This document shows, piece after piece, positions 19,344 through 29,033 of a stretch of DNA of 64,000 nt (its first letter is position 1; each line of letters begins with the position of its first letter). A program made the translations under genes and the position numbers. Origin of the DNA: Deinococcales bacterium. Its GTDB lineage: Bacteria; Deinococcota; Deinococci; Deinococcales; JAAFIG01. Location: positions 32,001 to 96,000 of the forward strand of contig JANNVX010000086.1 of the NCBI GenBank assembly GCA_031414595.1. The letters are read 5' to 3'. The notes beneath the pieces were generated by a model. It saw only the letters and a program-made list of their open reading frames with translations, was not told where the DNA came from and ran no database searches.

Positions 19344-20063
19344 ATGAAAAATATTTTGAAATTTGGTTTAGTTGGAATCGCCGCCTTCGCATTCAGCAGT
19401 AGCCTGACCACCAGTACCGCCCAAAGCCGTTTGATGTTTGATGGTGAATACAGGGTAACGGGTCTAAACCCTGACGGTAGTGATTACGGCGGGGCAATGA
19501 CCATTGCTCGTTATGGTGATGGGTATCGCATTACCCAAGCCTTTGGTAGCGATACCTATCTTGGAATTGGCAATGATATGGGCGACTACTTAGCTGGGGC
19601 TTTTATTTATAATGGCAAACCAGTTGTTAGCTTGTATCGTGTTATCGATGCCAACACCTTGTCTGGTTTCTGGCAAGAATTTGACAGTACCAAAGAAGGT
19701 CAAGAAAAAGCAGTCCTTAACAATGCCACATTTTCGTTAATTCCAGCTGCCCCTGTTGCAACCACCTGGAATTACAGTGGTACTTATGGTATCAAAGGCA
19801 CTGCTCCCAGTGGTGCGGCATATACCGGAACGATGGCGCTGACAAACTATGGTGATGGCTACCGTGCTTCTTATGTCAGTGGTACGACAACTTGGCGAGG
19901 AATTGCCAGTTACATTGGTAAGTACCTAGCAATTTCTTGGCAAGCAGGAAATAATGTTCAGGTTTCGATTTTTGAAGGCAATCCACGTACTGGCGACCTC
20001 AAAGGCTACTGGCAAGATTACAATAGCCTAAAAGAAGGCGCAGAAACCGCAACACTAAAATAA
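19344..20063 (+). CDS. Secreted tandem-repeat protein, paralog 3
   Basis: True start MKNILKF at 19344 after AAGGAG; same architecture. Confidence 0.85.
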   Translation: MKNILKFGLVGIAAFAFSSSLTTSTAQSRLMFDGEYRVTGLNPDGSDYGGAMTIARYGDGYRITQAFGSDTYLGIGNDMGDYLAGAFIYNGKPVVSLYRVIDANTLSGFWQEFDSTKEGQEKAVLNNATFSLIPAAPVATTWNYSGTYGIKGTAPSGAAYTGTMALTNYGDGYRASYVSGTTTWRGIASYIGKYLAISWQAGNNVQVSIFEGNPRTGDLKGYWQDYNSLKEGAETATLK

Positions 20064-20172
20064 GAAACCAGCCCTCGAGACTCCAGAAACATAATTTTTT
20101 GGAGTTTTTGCTCCCGCCAACGCAAAACAAATAAGCGCTGACTCGAGTACCACAAGTACCACTCGGAGGCTT

Positions 20173-20928
20173 ATGAAAAATATGTTCAAGTTCGCTTTGG
20201 CAGGTATCGCTGCCATTATTCTCAGCAGCAGCTTAACCACCAGCACTGCTCAAGGTCGTTTGGCATTTGAAGGAACGTATGCCGTAACAGGTAAAACCCC
20301 AGATGCGGCTGCCTACTCTGGTACAATGACCATCGTGCCTTACGGACAAGGCTACCGTATTACCCAAGTTTTTGGGATTTATACTTATTACGGAATTGGT
20401 ACAGCCGTGGGCAATAATCAAGTAGGGGACTTTTTTGTAGCCGCTTTTCTGCACGAAAACCAATCAAGTTTGAGTCTGTACGCGGTCACGGCTGCCAATA
20501 CTTTATCCAGTGTTTGGCAAGATTATGACAGCACCAGACGCGGCATAGAACAATCTGTTTTAGCGAACCGTAGTTTTTCAGTCATTCCAAGTCTGCCTGC
20601 CCAGAACAATTTGGATTACTCTGGAACGTATCGGGTTGCGGGTACGGACTCAGGTGGTGTGGCATATTCAAATTATGTTTACGTCTCGCGTTCAGGCAGT
20701 GGTTACATCGCACAGCGTTACTACCAGCGTTATTACGCGAACAACGACACTGCACTTTTTGGCGTTGGAGGCAAACTTGATGGGTTTCTTGTTTTTGCTT
20801 GGAATTACAACGGTGTACCAAGGATCTCGGTTTACGAAGGCAATCCTGATGTGAATGGTAAAATGGTTGGTTTTTGGCAATCGTATGATTCTCTAAAAAG
20901 AGGTTCAGAATCGGTCTACCCAGAATAA
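20173..20928 (+). CDS. Secreted tandem-repeat protein, paralog 4 (divergent)
   Basis: Same signal peptide and repeats, with insertions (QRYYQRYYANND). Confidence 0.8.
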   Translation: MKNMFKFALAGIAAIILSSSLTTSTAQGRLAFEGTYAVTGKTPDAAAYSGTMTIVPYGQGYRITQVFGIYTYYGIGTAVGNNQVGDFFVAAFLHENQSSLSLYAVTAANTLSSVWQDYDSTRRGIEQSVLANRSFSVIPSLPAQNNLDYSGTYRVAGTDSGGVAYSNYVYVSRSGSGYIAQRYYQRYYANNDTALFGVGGKLDGFLVFAWNYNGVPRISVYEGNPDVNGKMVGFWQSYDSLKRGSESVYPE

Positions 20929-20942
20929 AACTTAAACTCGAG

Positions 20943-20974
20943 AAAAGCCCAAACTTAAACCTGTGGGCTTTTTT
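20943..20974. terminator. Probable bidirectional intrinsic terminator
   Basis: AAAAGCCCA...TGGGCTTTTT between convergent genes. Confidence 0.5.
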
Positions 20975-22010
20975 CTTGGAATTCTGCCCATGCCATCTCG
21001 AGGGCAGCTTCTGGCACACGCTCTAGCTTAGGTTTAGCAATATCCTCCAGCAGCACAAAACGCATCCCTACCGAATCTGCTTTTTTATCTCGTGCCATAA
21101 ATTTGCGTACCTCTGCCCACTCGAGACTGGGTAAGGCTTGGGGGTTTTGGTACGCCAGAAAAGCGGCTGTCATTTTGGTTAAATCAGCGTAGCCCAAGGT
21201 TTTACCCAGAATAGCTGCATAGTGCATTCCGTATCCCACCGCTTCGCCATGATTAACACCGTGCTGCGTAATTGCCTCGAGTGCATGAGCTAAAGTATGC
21301 CCAAAGTTCAAAAAAGCCCGTTCATTTTGTTCAAATGGGTCACGCTCGACAATATCAATTTTGACTTGCACCCCAGAGGCTAGGGTTGTCTCGAGCTTCG
21401 GGTGTAAGGCGTTAAAACCAGTCTCGAGAACAAGGTTACACAATGCAGGGTTACGAATTAGCCCGTGCTTAAAAAGTTCGGCTGCACCTTCCCTAAAAAT
21501 TCTTTCGGGCAAGGACTCGAGGGTGCTGGTGTCCATAAAAACCGCTCGGGGTTGATGAAACGCACCCACCAAGTTCTTACCTTCGGGCAGGTTGACCCCA
21601 GTCTTACCGCCAACACTGGCATCCACCATTGCCAGAAGCGTAGTCGGACAAACATAAAAAGCAATGCCGCGTAAATAACTGGCTGCCACGTACCCTGCCA
21701 AGTCCGAAGTTGCTCCACCACCAAGGGCAAACACGGCGCTGTCGCGGGTCAAACCGATTTGGGCAAGTTGCGAGAGTAATTTTGTGTGAAGCTCTAAGGT
21801 CTTGGCACTTTCGCCGCTTGGTACGGGCAGCAAATGAACCTCAGACCCACCAGACTCGAGACTTTGGACAAGTGTATCCGCGTACAAAGGCACGATTTTT
21901 TCGTCCGCCAGCACAACCACTTTACGCTCTGGGATTTGCAGGGTTTCTAATAGCCTTCGAGCAATCCGAATCGGGTAACTTGGGGTCAAGTTAAGACTTA
22001 ATTTAATCAT
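20955..22010 (-). CDS. aroB: 3-dehydroquinate synthase
   Basis: GGGATSDLAG, PTTLLAMVDASVGGKTGVN, KNLVGAFHQP, LNFGHTLAHALE. Confidence 0.95.
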   Translation of the reverse strand: MIKLSLNLTPSYPIRIARRLLETLQIPERKVVVLADEKIVPLYADTLVQSLESGGSEVHLLPVPSGESAKTLELHTKLLSQLAQIGLTRDSAVFALGGGATSDLAGYVAASYLRGIAFYVCPTTLLAMVDASVGGKTGVNLPEGKNLVGAFHQPRAVFMDTSTLESLPERIFREGAAELFKHGLIRNPALCNLVLETGFNALHPKLETTLASGVQVKIDIVERDPFEQNERAFLNFGHTLAHALEAITQHGVNHGEAVGYGMHYAAILGKTLGYADLTKMTAAFLAYQNPQALPSLEWAEVRKFMARDKKADSVGMRFVLLEDIAKPKLERVPEAALEMAWAEFQEKSPQV

Positions 22011-22019
22011 GGCGCTATT

Positions 22020-22232
22020 TTACTTTTTTAAGTACCATTGTGCAGCCCTTAGCCCAACCAACAACCCCAAAAAAGCCCCAAGCACCATACTTTGGCTTCT
22101 CGAGAAGATAAAAACTCCAAGCATTGCCCCAAGCAAAACACCAAGTATCGGAAACAAAAACCAGATGTGCAAACGGTGCAAGCGTTCAAAGGCATCTTGT
22201 AAAATAATGGTGGTTATCTCGAGCCATTTCAT
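22020..22232 (-). CDS. Small membrane protein, two TM helices
   Basis: 70 aa with two hydrophobic Gly-rich segments; directly upstream of aroB. Confidence 0.55.
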   Translation of the reverse strand: MKWLEITTIILQDAFERLHRLHIWFLFPILGVLLGAMLGVFIFSRSQSMVLGAFLGLLVGLRAAQWYLKK

Positions 22233-22313
22233 GTTGTAAGTCTAGTCTAAAAACCTAAAATATGACATAATTTAGGGCATTGCGTACTTTGGTTGGTAAA
22301 GGGGATTAGCAGC

Positions 22314-23348
22314 ATGGCTTCGTTGGATTTTGACTTTGAGAAAAAAGTGTTCTTAGAATTTTATGATTCTCATTTAACAAAATTACTTGGATTTGTTGAA
22401 AAAATAGTAGATACACTTCAAGACTTAGTTAAAGAATTACCTGAATCTGATGGCTTTATGTTTTTGGGACGAGTCAAAGATAAAAATGAATGTATCGAAA
22501 AATTTCTCCGAAAATACAAAAATGATCTTGAAGCAAAGCGTGAAGAATATACAATCAAAGATTCTATTTCAGATTTGGTTGGTTTTAGAATTGTCTGCAT
22601 TTATGTAAATCAAATTGATTTAATCAAAAAAGCACTTATTGATGAATTTGAAATGCTCGAAGAAACCAATAAAATCGAACAAATTCAAGCAACTGAAAAT
22701 ACTTTTGGTTATCAGGCTTTGCATATGGATATGAAGTTGAGTCAAAATTATTTACAGATACGAGAATACAAGCAGTTTTCTGGGTTGCAATTTGAAATTC
22801 AAATCAGAACTATTATTCAAGATGCTTGGAGTGTTGTTGACCATAAGATCAAATACAAAAAAGAGATCCCCATTACGCTAAAACGAAAAATTAATGTCCT
22901 ATCTGCACTTTTTGAACTAGCAGACCGAGAATTTATGTCCATTAAAAACGAAAATACGTTTTTAATACAAGCCAATACGCAAATGATTTCTAATGCCATT
23001 GCTAACCAGAACCCGTCTAACTTAGGTTTAGATATTGTTTCTTTTACGGGTTTTCTGCGAAGTAAATTTCCTGATGCAACCTTTAAGGTTGAAGCGATAG
23101 AAAGATTTTTTAATGAATTGCAAGCCAAGAATGCTGACCTAAGTCTTGCTGACTTGGTTTTGTTATATGAGACAAATTATGACTTGGTGAAGCAATTTCA
23201 ATTAGAATACAAGTTAAATTTTAATGCTTTTACTTTTTTGCGGCATTCCCTTTATCTCGCAGACAAAAACACCTATGCCTTGCTTTTGAGAGAATATCAA
23301 GTAGTAAAACTAAACCACTGGTTAGAAAACGAAAAACCGCCACCTTAA
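22314..23348 (+). CDS. RelA/SpoT-domain small alarmone synthetase with C-terminal extension
   Basis: GRVKD..ECIEK, DLVGFRIV, GYQALH, FEIQIRTIIQDAWS..DHKIKYK; no hydrolase domain; AT-rich. Confidence 0.9.
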   Translation: MASLDFDFEKKVFLEFYDSHLTKLLGFVEKIVDTLQDLVKELPESDGFMFLGRVKDKNECIEKFLRKYKNDLEAKREEYTIKDSISDLVGFRIVCIYVNQIDLIKKALIDEFEMLEETNKIEQIQATENTFGYQALHMDMKLSQNYLQIREYKQFSGLQFEIQIRTIIQDAWSVVDHKIKYKKEIPITLKRKINVLSALFELADREFMSIKNENTFLIQANTQMISNAIANQNPSNLGLDIVSFTGFLRSKFPDATFKVEAIERFFNELQAKNADLSLADLVLLYETNYDLVKQFQLEYKLNFNAFTFLRHSLYLADKNTYALLLREYQVVKLNHWLENEKPPP

Positions 23349-23499
23349 TAAGTGGCGGGTGAACGACTTGTATAAATATCGTTCTCTCTAAGCAAGATGG
23401 TACACCACAATTTAATCAGTGTCAACAAATCAACATGTACACAAATCAACAAATCCCAGACCTCGAGCCTACCTCATGAGGAAAAGTTAGGATGAAACC

Positions 23500-25746
23500 A
23501 TGACCCCGATGCAGCGCCTAAGACCCATTCATTGGGATGAAGTAGTTGGACAAGAACACGTCAAGGACGTGTTAAGACCAGCTTTGGAACGTGGGCGGAT
23601 TGGTCATGCCTATCTGTTTAGTGGTCCGCGTGGTGTCGGCAAAACCACCACGGCACGGCTGATTGCCATGACGGTTAATTGCGAAACGGCAGGTGTCAAA
23701 CCGTGTGGTACGTGCGATTCGTGTAAAAGCGTGATTGCAGGGCGGCATCCAGATGTTCTCGAGATTGATGCTGCCAGCAACAACAGCGTGGATGATGTCC
23801 GTGACTTGCGTGAAAAAGTGGCGCTGCAACCGATGCGAGGCGACAAAAAAGTCTATATCCTCGACGAAGCCCATATGATGAGTAAAAGTGCTTTTAATGC
23901 CCTCTTAAAAACCCTTGAAGAACCGCCGAGCCATGCGGTTTTTGTGCTTGCCACGACCGAACCAGAACGTTTACCAGCCACGATTCTCAGCCGTTGTCAG
24001 CATTACCGTTTTCGGCGTTTATCGGCGGATGAAATCGCGGGGAAACTCTTAAAAACCGCAACTGCCGAAGGGGTCAATCCATCGCCGCAAGCCTTAAATT
24101 TAATTGCTCGAGCCGCCGACGGTGCAATGCGTGACGGCGAGAGTTTACTCGAGCGTTTGTTGTCCTCGGGCGAACCGAATTTAACCCTCGAGATGGTTGA
24201 AGGTGCGCTTGGTTTGCCACCCCAAGACCGCGTTGAAGCCTTGGCGTTTGCCTTGGCTCGAGGTGACACAAAGCGTTTGATGCAGAGTTTAACTGCCTTT
24301 TACTCGGATGGTTTTGCGCCGCGCACGATTGTTGAACGGGTTAAAATTGCGCTGCGTGACCAATTACACGCCCAGCTTGGTTTAAGTAAAAACGTGACTG
24401 AAACATTTGCCGAAGTCAATTTGCTGCGTTTAATCAAAGCCCTTGATGAAGAAGACGGGCGTTTTGCACGGTCATCTGACCTGATTGCCTTAGAGATGGC
24501 GTTCACCAAAGCGATGTTAGCCCCAGACTCGAGCAGTGAGGCGGGTATGGTTTCACCAGCCCTAGAATCCCGAGTCGCCAACCTCGAGAAACAAGTTCGA
24601 GGCGCATTCCAAAAAGTGGTAGACGATGCCTTAAAAGCCAGTGGACAACGCGCCCCGAGTCAAGTTCCAGACTTTGACCCAATGGCAAGAACCCCGCGCC
24701 GTCCAGCCACCCCAGTACAACAAGATGAGCCGCCATTTGAAGTGCCAGAATCTCGAGCAGAGCAACCTCGAGTCTCAGAACTGCCACCATCTCGAGTTTC
24801 AGAACTCGCCCGAGAAAAAACGCCACTTGGCTCGAAAGGCTGGGCGGATGTGATTCTAAAAGCTGACTTGCGCTTGCGAGCCATTCTCAAAGAAGCGGTT
24901 GGGCATCTCAGTGCCGATACTTTGGTGATTGAGTACAGCAACCCAAAACACAAATGGCACGCTGACCAGGTGGCTGCCAAACTCGAGGAATTGGCGGCGC
25001 TAACCCAACAAGTCATTGGACAGGGCATTGCCCTTGAACTGGTCATGCCAGACGGCACTAAAAAAAACTCGAGAACCGTTCATAACCCCAGTACAAGCTC
25101 CTCAGCCGCTCGAGTAATTCCGGCTGTTTTGGAGAATTTACAACCGTTGGTGCAACCTGAACCAGAAATCCAAATTGTCCAACCTGAACCAGAAATTCAA
25201 CCTGTGCAACCTGACCCTGAACCTACCGTAGGGGCGAGGCATGCCTCGTCCGAACCCGAAACGCCCCTTGCCTTGCCCGAACCCGAAATCCCCGAATCTC
25301 TTTTTCTCGAGCCTGAACCCAATAAAACCGCCTTTCGAGTCGCCTCAGATTTAGCCTTTGATGCGCTTGGTTCAAACCCTGCCAAAGCGGGTTTGTTTAG
25401 CCCTGCCGAATTTATTGCGGCGCTCGAGCCAGATGCCGTAACCACTGAACCATTTTTTGAGGACACACCAATTCCTACTGAATATAGCCTTCTCGAGACT
25501 TATGACTTAGAAACCAGTGCCGATGCACCACCATTGGCTGCCCTTGAAATGGATTTTGGCGACCTCGAAAACACAACCCCAACCAAAGTCGTCTCGAGTC
25601 TTGTGGGACATCCGAATTATGCTTTGGTCAGTAAACTGTTCTCACATCGGGTGCGTGAAATTGGTAAGCTCGAGGTCAAAACGGTGATTGCCGAGGATGA
25701 CACAGCCAGCACACTGCCAACGCTGCCAACCGATGATTTGGAGTAA
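23500..25746 (+). CDS. dnaX: DNA polymerase III subunit gamma/tau
   Basis: HAYLFSGPRGVGKTT, Zn cysteines, EIDAASNNSVDDVR, DEAHM, FNALLKTLEEPP, TILSRC. Confidence 0.95.
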   Translation: MTPMQRLRPIHWDEVVGQEHVKDVLRPALERGRIGHAYLFSGPRGVGKTTTARLIAMTVNCETAGVKPCGTCDSCKSVIAGRHPDVLEIDAASNNSVDDVRDLREKVALQPMRGDKKVYILDEAHMMSKSAFNALLKTLEEPPSHAVFVLATTEPERLPATILSRCQHYRFRRLSADEIAGKLLKTATAEGVNPSPQALNLIARAADGAMRDGESLLERLLSSGEPNLTLEMVEGALGLPPQDRVEALAFALARGDTKRLMQSLTAFYSDGFAPRTIVERVKIALRDQLHAQLGLSKNVTETFAEVNLLRLIKALDEEDGRFARSSDLIALEMAFTKAMLAPDSSSEAGMVSPALESRVANLEKQVRGAFQKVVDDALKASGQRAPSQVPDFDPMARTPRRPATPVQQDEPPFEVPESRAEQPRVSELPPSRVSELAREKTPLGSKGWADVILKADLRLRAILKEAVGHLSADTLVIEYSNPKHKWHADQVAAKLEELAALTQQVIGQGIALELVMPDGTKKNSRTVHNPSTSSSAARVIPAVLENLQPLVQPEPEIQIVQPEPEIQPVQPDPEPTVGARHASSEPETPLALPEPEIPESLFLEPEPNKTAFRVASDLAFDALGSNPAKAGLFSPAEFIAALEPDAVTTEPFFEDTPIPTEYSLLETYDLETSADAPPLAALEMDFGDLENTTPTKVVSSLVGHPNYALVSKLFSHRVREIGKLEVKTVIAEDDTASTLPTLPTDDLE
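25228..25251 (+). repeat. GTAG-type REP palindrome inside the dnaX coding sequence
   Basis: GTAGGGGCGAGGCATGCCTCGTCC, read in frame as (T)VGARHASS within the P/E-rich linker. Confidence 0.65.
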
Positions 25747-25749
25747 AAA

Positions 25750-26274
25750 ATGAAAAAAATTGTGTTACTGCTGCTTTTGTGTGCTTCTGTGGCTCGAGCT
25801 TCTGATGCCAGCTTAAAGGTTACACCCGCCATCAGTCTGGAACGTGGTTTGACCGTGGTGCAAGGGCAGCAACTCGAGTTTCGGGTTTCACCGGGCATCG
25901 AGAAATTACAGACCGTGACCTTAAATATCACCCGAGGCGGAAGGGTTATGGGTGAGTATGCGATGCGCCAAGACGGTGCGGATTATGTGGCAAAATTACC
26001 ACTTGAATTGCCCTACGCCCATATTGTGACGGTGCGTTTGTATCAAGAAGCCAAAGTTTGGTCTTCGGCACTGGATTTAACTGCCTTGCAACCCGAAGAT
26101 GCCAAACTTGTTCCAGCCAACTCGAGTTTTACGCAAGCGCTTAATTTTTCTGTCACCGAAGGCAAAGCGGGTGGGGATGCCAATCCCTTGTGGGGCATTC
26201 TGGCATTGGTGATTTTAGGTGCTGGTGTGTTTATTGGTACTCGAGGCAAACCCAAGGTGATTTCTAATGCGTGA
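25750..26274 (+). CDS. Secreted protein with C-terminal membrane anchor
   Basis: N-terminal signal peptide; C-terminal hydrophobic helix followed by basic residues. Confidence 0.7.
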   Translation: MKKIVLLLLLCASVARASDASLKVTPAISLERGLTVVQGQQLEFRVSPGIEKLQTVTLNITRGGRVMGEYAMRQDGADYVAKLPLELPYAHIVTVRLYQEAKVWSSALDLTALQPEDAKLVPANSSFTQALNFSVTEGKAGGDANPLWGILALVILGAGVFIGTRGKPKVISNA

Positions 26275-26692
26275 ACGAACTGGTCTAACCGATGTTAAAG
26301 ATGTTCTCGAGTCTGCCAAGACAATTGCCGTGCTGGGGGTCAGTGCCAACCTCGATAAACCCGCCCATTATGTGCCGCAGTACATGTTTGAACGTGGATA
26401 CAAGGTTCTGCCTGTCAATGCCTTACTTGTTGGTCAGATGATGTTTGACCAGCCTGTACTGGCTACTTTAGCTGAATTAAAACAACCGATTGATATTGTG
26501 GACATGTTTCGCCGTTCAGAATTTCTCGAGTCACACCTAGAAGATATTCTTGCGATGCGCCCCCTACCTAAACTGGTGTGGTTACAATTGGGGATTCGCA
26601 ATGATGATTTTACAAAAAAGTTGCTCGAGGCGGGAATAGAAGTGGTGCAGGACAGGTGCTTTCTGGCGGATCATGTAGATTTGCGTTTGTGA
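26267..26692 (+). CDS. CoA-binding protein (YccU-like)
   Basis: TIAVLGVS...KPAHYVP.Y...GY...PVN; DIVDMFRRS; WLQLGI; DRC. Confidence 0.9.
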   Translation: MRERTGLTDVKDVLESAKTIAVLGVSANLDKPAHYVPQYMFERGYKVLPVNALLVGQMMFDQPVLATLAELKQPIDIVDMFRRSEFLESHLEDILAMRPLPKLVWLQLGIRNDDFTKKLLEAGIEVVQDRCFLADHVDLRL

Positions 26693-26730
26693 CGGATTAG
26701 TATATAACCCGTCACAACCTGCCTCATAAG

Positions 26731-28245
26731 TTAATTCAGTGTGGTTTGCACATAGCCTAAACACATTTCTTCTTCTGTGCCTTCACCCCAAACAATGTAC
26801 TTGGGTTTGCGTTGTTCGCCACCAAGGTACGGTTGGTTGGCTTGGCTGTTATCAAAGACACAAGTGATTCTAAAAGTATCGCCTGGCTGGACTTTAACAG
26901 CTTGTTCAAACCAGTAAAAACCTTGCCAATGAAAATCCCAATTGGGAATATCGAGCAGCACTTTACGATTGTCTTTGTTGGGGTTAATCTCGAGCTTGAT
27001 GCTTTTGCCAAGGTAGTGCATATGACCAGCCAAACCATGCAGGGTTAAATTGGCGGGGACGGGGTACTCGCAAACCGTTTCGATTCGGGTTGCATCTGAA
27101 CCGTTGATGTACTGGTCTATATTTCGCACACAGCTTCGCAGTACACTTCCGCCTTTGCGGTTGCGATTACCGCTCGAGTTATTAAGCGCTAAAACCCGTT
27201 CATAAGCGGCTTCGCGGTTACAAGCATTCTTTGGGTCATTTGGGTACGCTCCAGCACAAGGCAACTCGACGGGGGCAGTAGGGGCAAAATTCAAAATTGC
27301 TTTGAGGCGCATTCCAATTGGCGCAAGCTCGAGTTTAACTGCGCTTTGGTCGGGTTTAGCGCCGTTAGCAAGGTTGTAATGGACTTGCAGTAACAATTGC
27401 GAACCAGCCCGCAAACGAATTCCAGTGCTTTCGGGGAATTTGACGGCTGGGCTACCAGGTGCCCAAGCGCCAATCGGTTGTAAGCCATTTGCCACTCGAG
27501 GACCGCCAAAACAAGTGTAGCCATCGCGGTTATCGCCTTCGTCACGCTCGAGTTTTTGCGCCTCATTAATCAAACCCGCCTCGAGTTCAAACATCAAGAC
27601 ATGATGCACCACTGCCTTATTGCCCGGCAGGATGTCGTACCCCGTAATAAAACGTTCGCCTTCGAGCTTAGGGTCTACCCGAAAACAACGGTACTCATCG
27701 GATAGGGTCTTATTTGGCACAAATAACTGAGGCATAGACAATTTCAGGTCTGAGCGAACATTGACCTTGGTGACTCGAGACTCGGCAGAAACAGCTTTTT
27801 TGCTGTCGCCAGCCGGAGCGCCACTCCAAGACCAATTGGCAAGAATCGCAATTTCGTCTTTACTGAGGCGCAATTCGTGCTTTAACTTAGGACTTTCACC
27901 GTTGGGCGGAAAAGGTGGCATTCTTTGCGCCCGAGTATCCAAGTAAATTTGCCGATGATAGGCTGTGACAGTTTTCAGGTTGTCTAAAGCAAATGGAGCA
28001 ATACCGTCTTGGACATGGCAAGAGACACAATTTGCCTCGAGAATCGGTTTGACATGCTGGTAATAATTGGGAATGTAATCCAGAAGGGGTGGCACGGTGC
28101 TGCCGTTGTTGCCGGCTAGACTTAAGTGTGCGCCATGCTTAGAGACTGGACGGGTCTCACCAGCCCCAACCGAACGAAACGCCATGCCAATTGCACCGAG
28201 TCCAAAAAGACAGGCAGCCGCCAAAACCAGTTGTGAACTTTTCAT
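26731..28245 (-). CDS. Copper type II ascorbate-dependent monooxygenase-like protein with N-terminal c-type heme
   Basis: CVSCH heme motif; VVHHVL, GHMHYLG, WDFHWQ and EEMC copper-ligand motifs; signal peptide. Confidence 0.8.
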   Translation of the reverse strand: MKSSQLVLAAACLFGLGAIGMAFRSVGAGETRPVSKHGAHLSLAGNNGSTVPPLLDYIPNYYQHVKPILEANCVSCHVQDGIAPFALDNLKTVTAYHRQIYLDTRAQRMPPFPPNGESPKLKHELRLSKDEIAILANWSWSGAPAGDSKKAVSAESRVTKVNVRSDLKLSMPQLFVPNKTLSDEYRCFRVDPKLEGERFITGYDILPGNKAVVHHVLMFELEAGLINEAQKLERDEGDNRDGYTCFGGPRVANGLQPIGAWAPGSPAVKFPESTGIRLRAGSQLLLQVHYNLANGAKPDQSAVKLELAPIGMRLKAILNFAPTAPVELPCAGAYPNDPKNACNREAAYERVLALNNSSGNRNRKGGSVLRSCVRNIDQYINGSDATRIETVCEYPVPANLTLHGLAGHMHYLGKSIKLEINPNKDNRKVLLDIPNWDFHWQGFYWFEQAVKVQPGDTFRITCVFDNSQANQPYLGGEQRKPKYIVWGEGTEEEMCLGYVQTTLN

Positions 28246-28319
28246 GAAACCAGCATAGCCTCTAAAAGGTCATGAATCAAGCATGGAAATTACGATTCTC
28301 GAGCCGTACAATAAAAACC

Positions 28320-29033
28320 ATGAAAAACCCGATGATTTTACTCTTGGCACTGACCCTGCTTGGTTTTGCCACCGCCCAAAACCGCACCTTGGAAACCGCA
28401 AAAACCTTGTATGGCAAAGGTGACTTCAAGGGTGCGGTACAAATTGCCGAAGATATTCTCACTTCCGACGGTCAAGCCTTTGCCGCCAAAGCCAACAACA
28501 CCTATGCCCTGACCCAAGCCGACAGCAAACAAGACCCCATTTATGGGCAATCCGAAAAATACGCCCGCAAAGCCATTTCGCTCGATACAAAAAACCCAGA
28601 AGCCTACTTTGAACTGGCAAGGGCTTTAGGACGCTTAAGTCAATTGCGCGGCGTAGGTGCAGCTTTAGCCCAAGGACTCGGAACGCAAATCCGAGAGAGC
28701 TTAGAAAGCGCCCTGCAATACGACCCAAAACACGCCCCAAGCATGGTGGGTTACGGGCTTTGGCATGCCGAAATTGTCAGTAAAGGTGTGGGCTGGTTGT
28801 ACGGTGCAAGTGCTGAAGCTGCTGTTTTGTACTTTGAACGCGCCATTAAACTCGAGCCGAAAATGATTATCCATAAAGTCGAATATGCCAGAGGGCTACT
28901 GCTGCTCGACAAGAAAAAGTATCTCGAGAAAGCTATAGATTTACTCGAGGAAGCCATTAAACTCAAACCCGAAGATGCTGCTGAACAACTCGATTTGACT
29001 CGAGCCAAAGCCGATTTGGCTGCCCTACGTTAA
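28320..29033 (+). CDS. Secreted TPR-like protein
   Basis: Signal peptide MKNPMILLL; helical repeats (ARKAISLD..NPEAYFELARALG). Confidence 0.75.
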   Translation: MKNPMILLLALTLLGFATAQNRTLETAKTLYGKGDFKGAVQIAEDILTSDGQAFAAKANNTYALTQADSKQDPIYGQSEKYARKAISLDTKNPEAYFELARALGRLSQLRGVGAALAQGLGTQIRESLESALQYDPKHAPSMVGYGLWHAEIVSKGVGWLYGASAEAAVLYFERAIKLEPKMIIHKVEYARGLLLLDKKKYLEKAIDLLEEAIKLKPEDAAEQLDLTRAKADLAALR

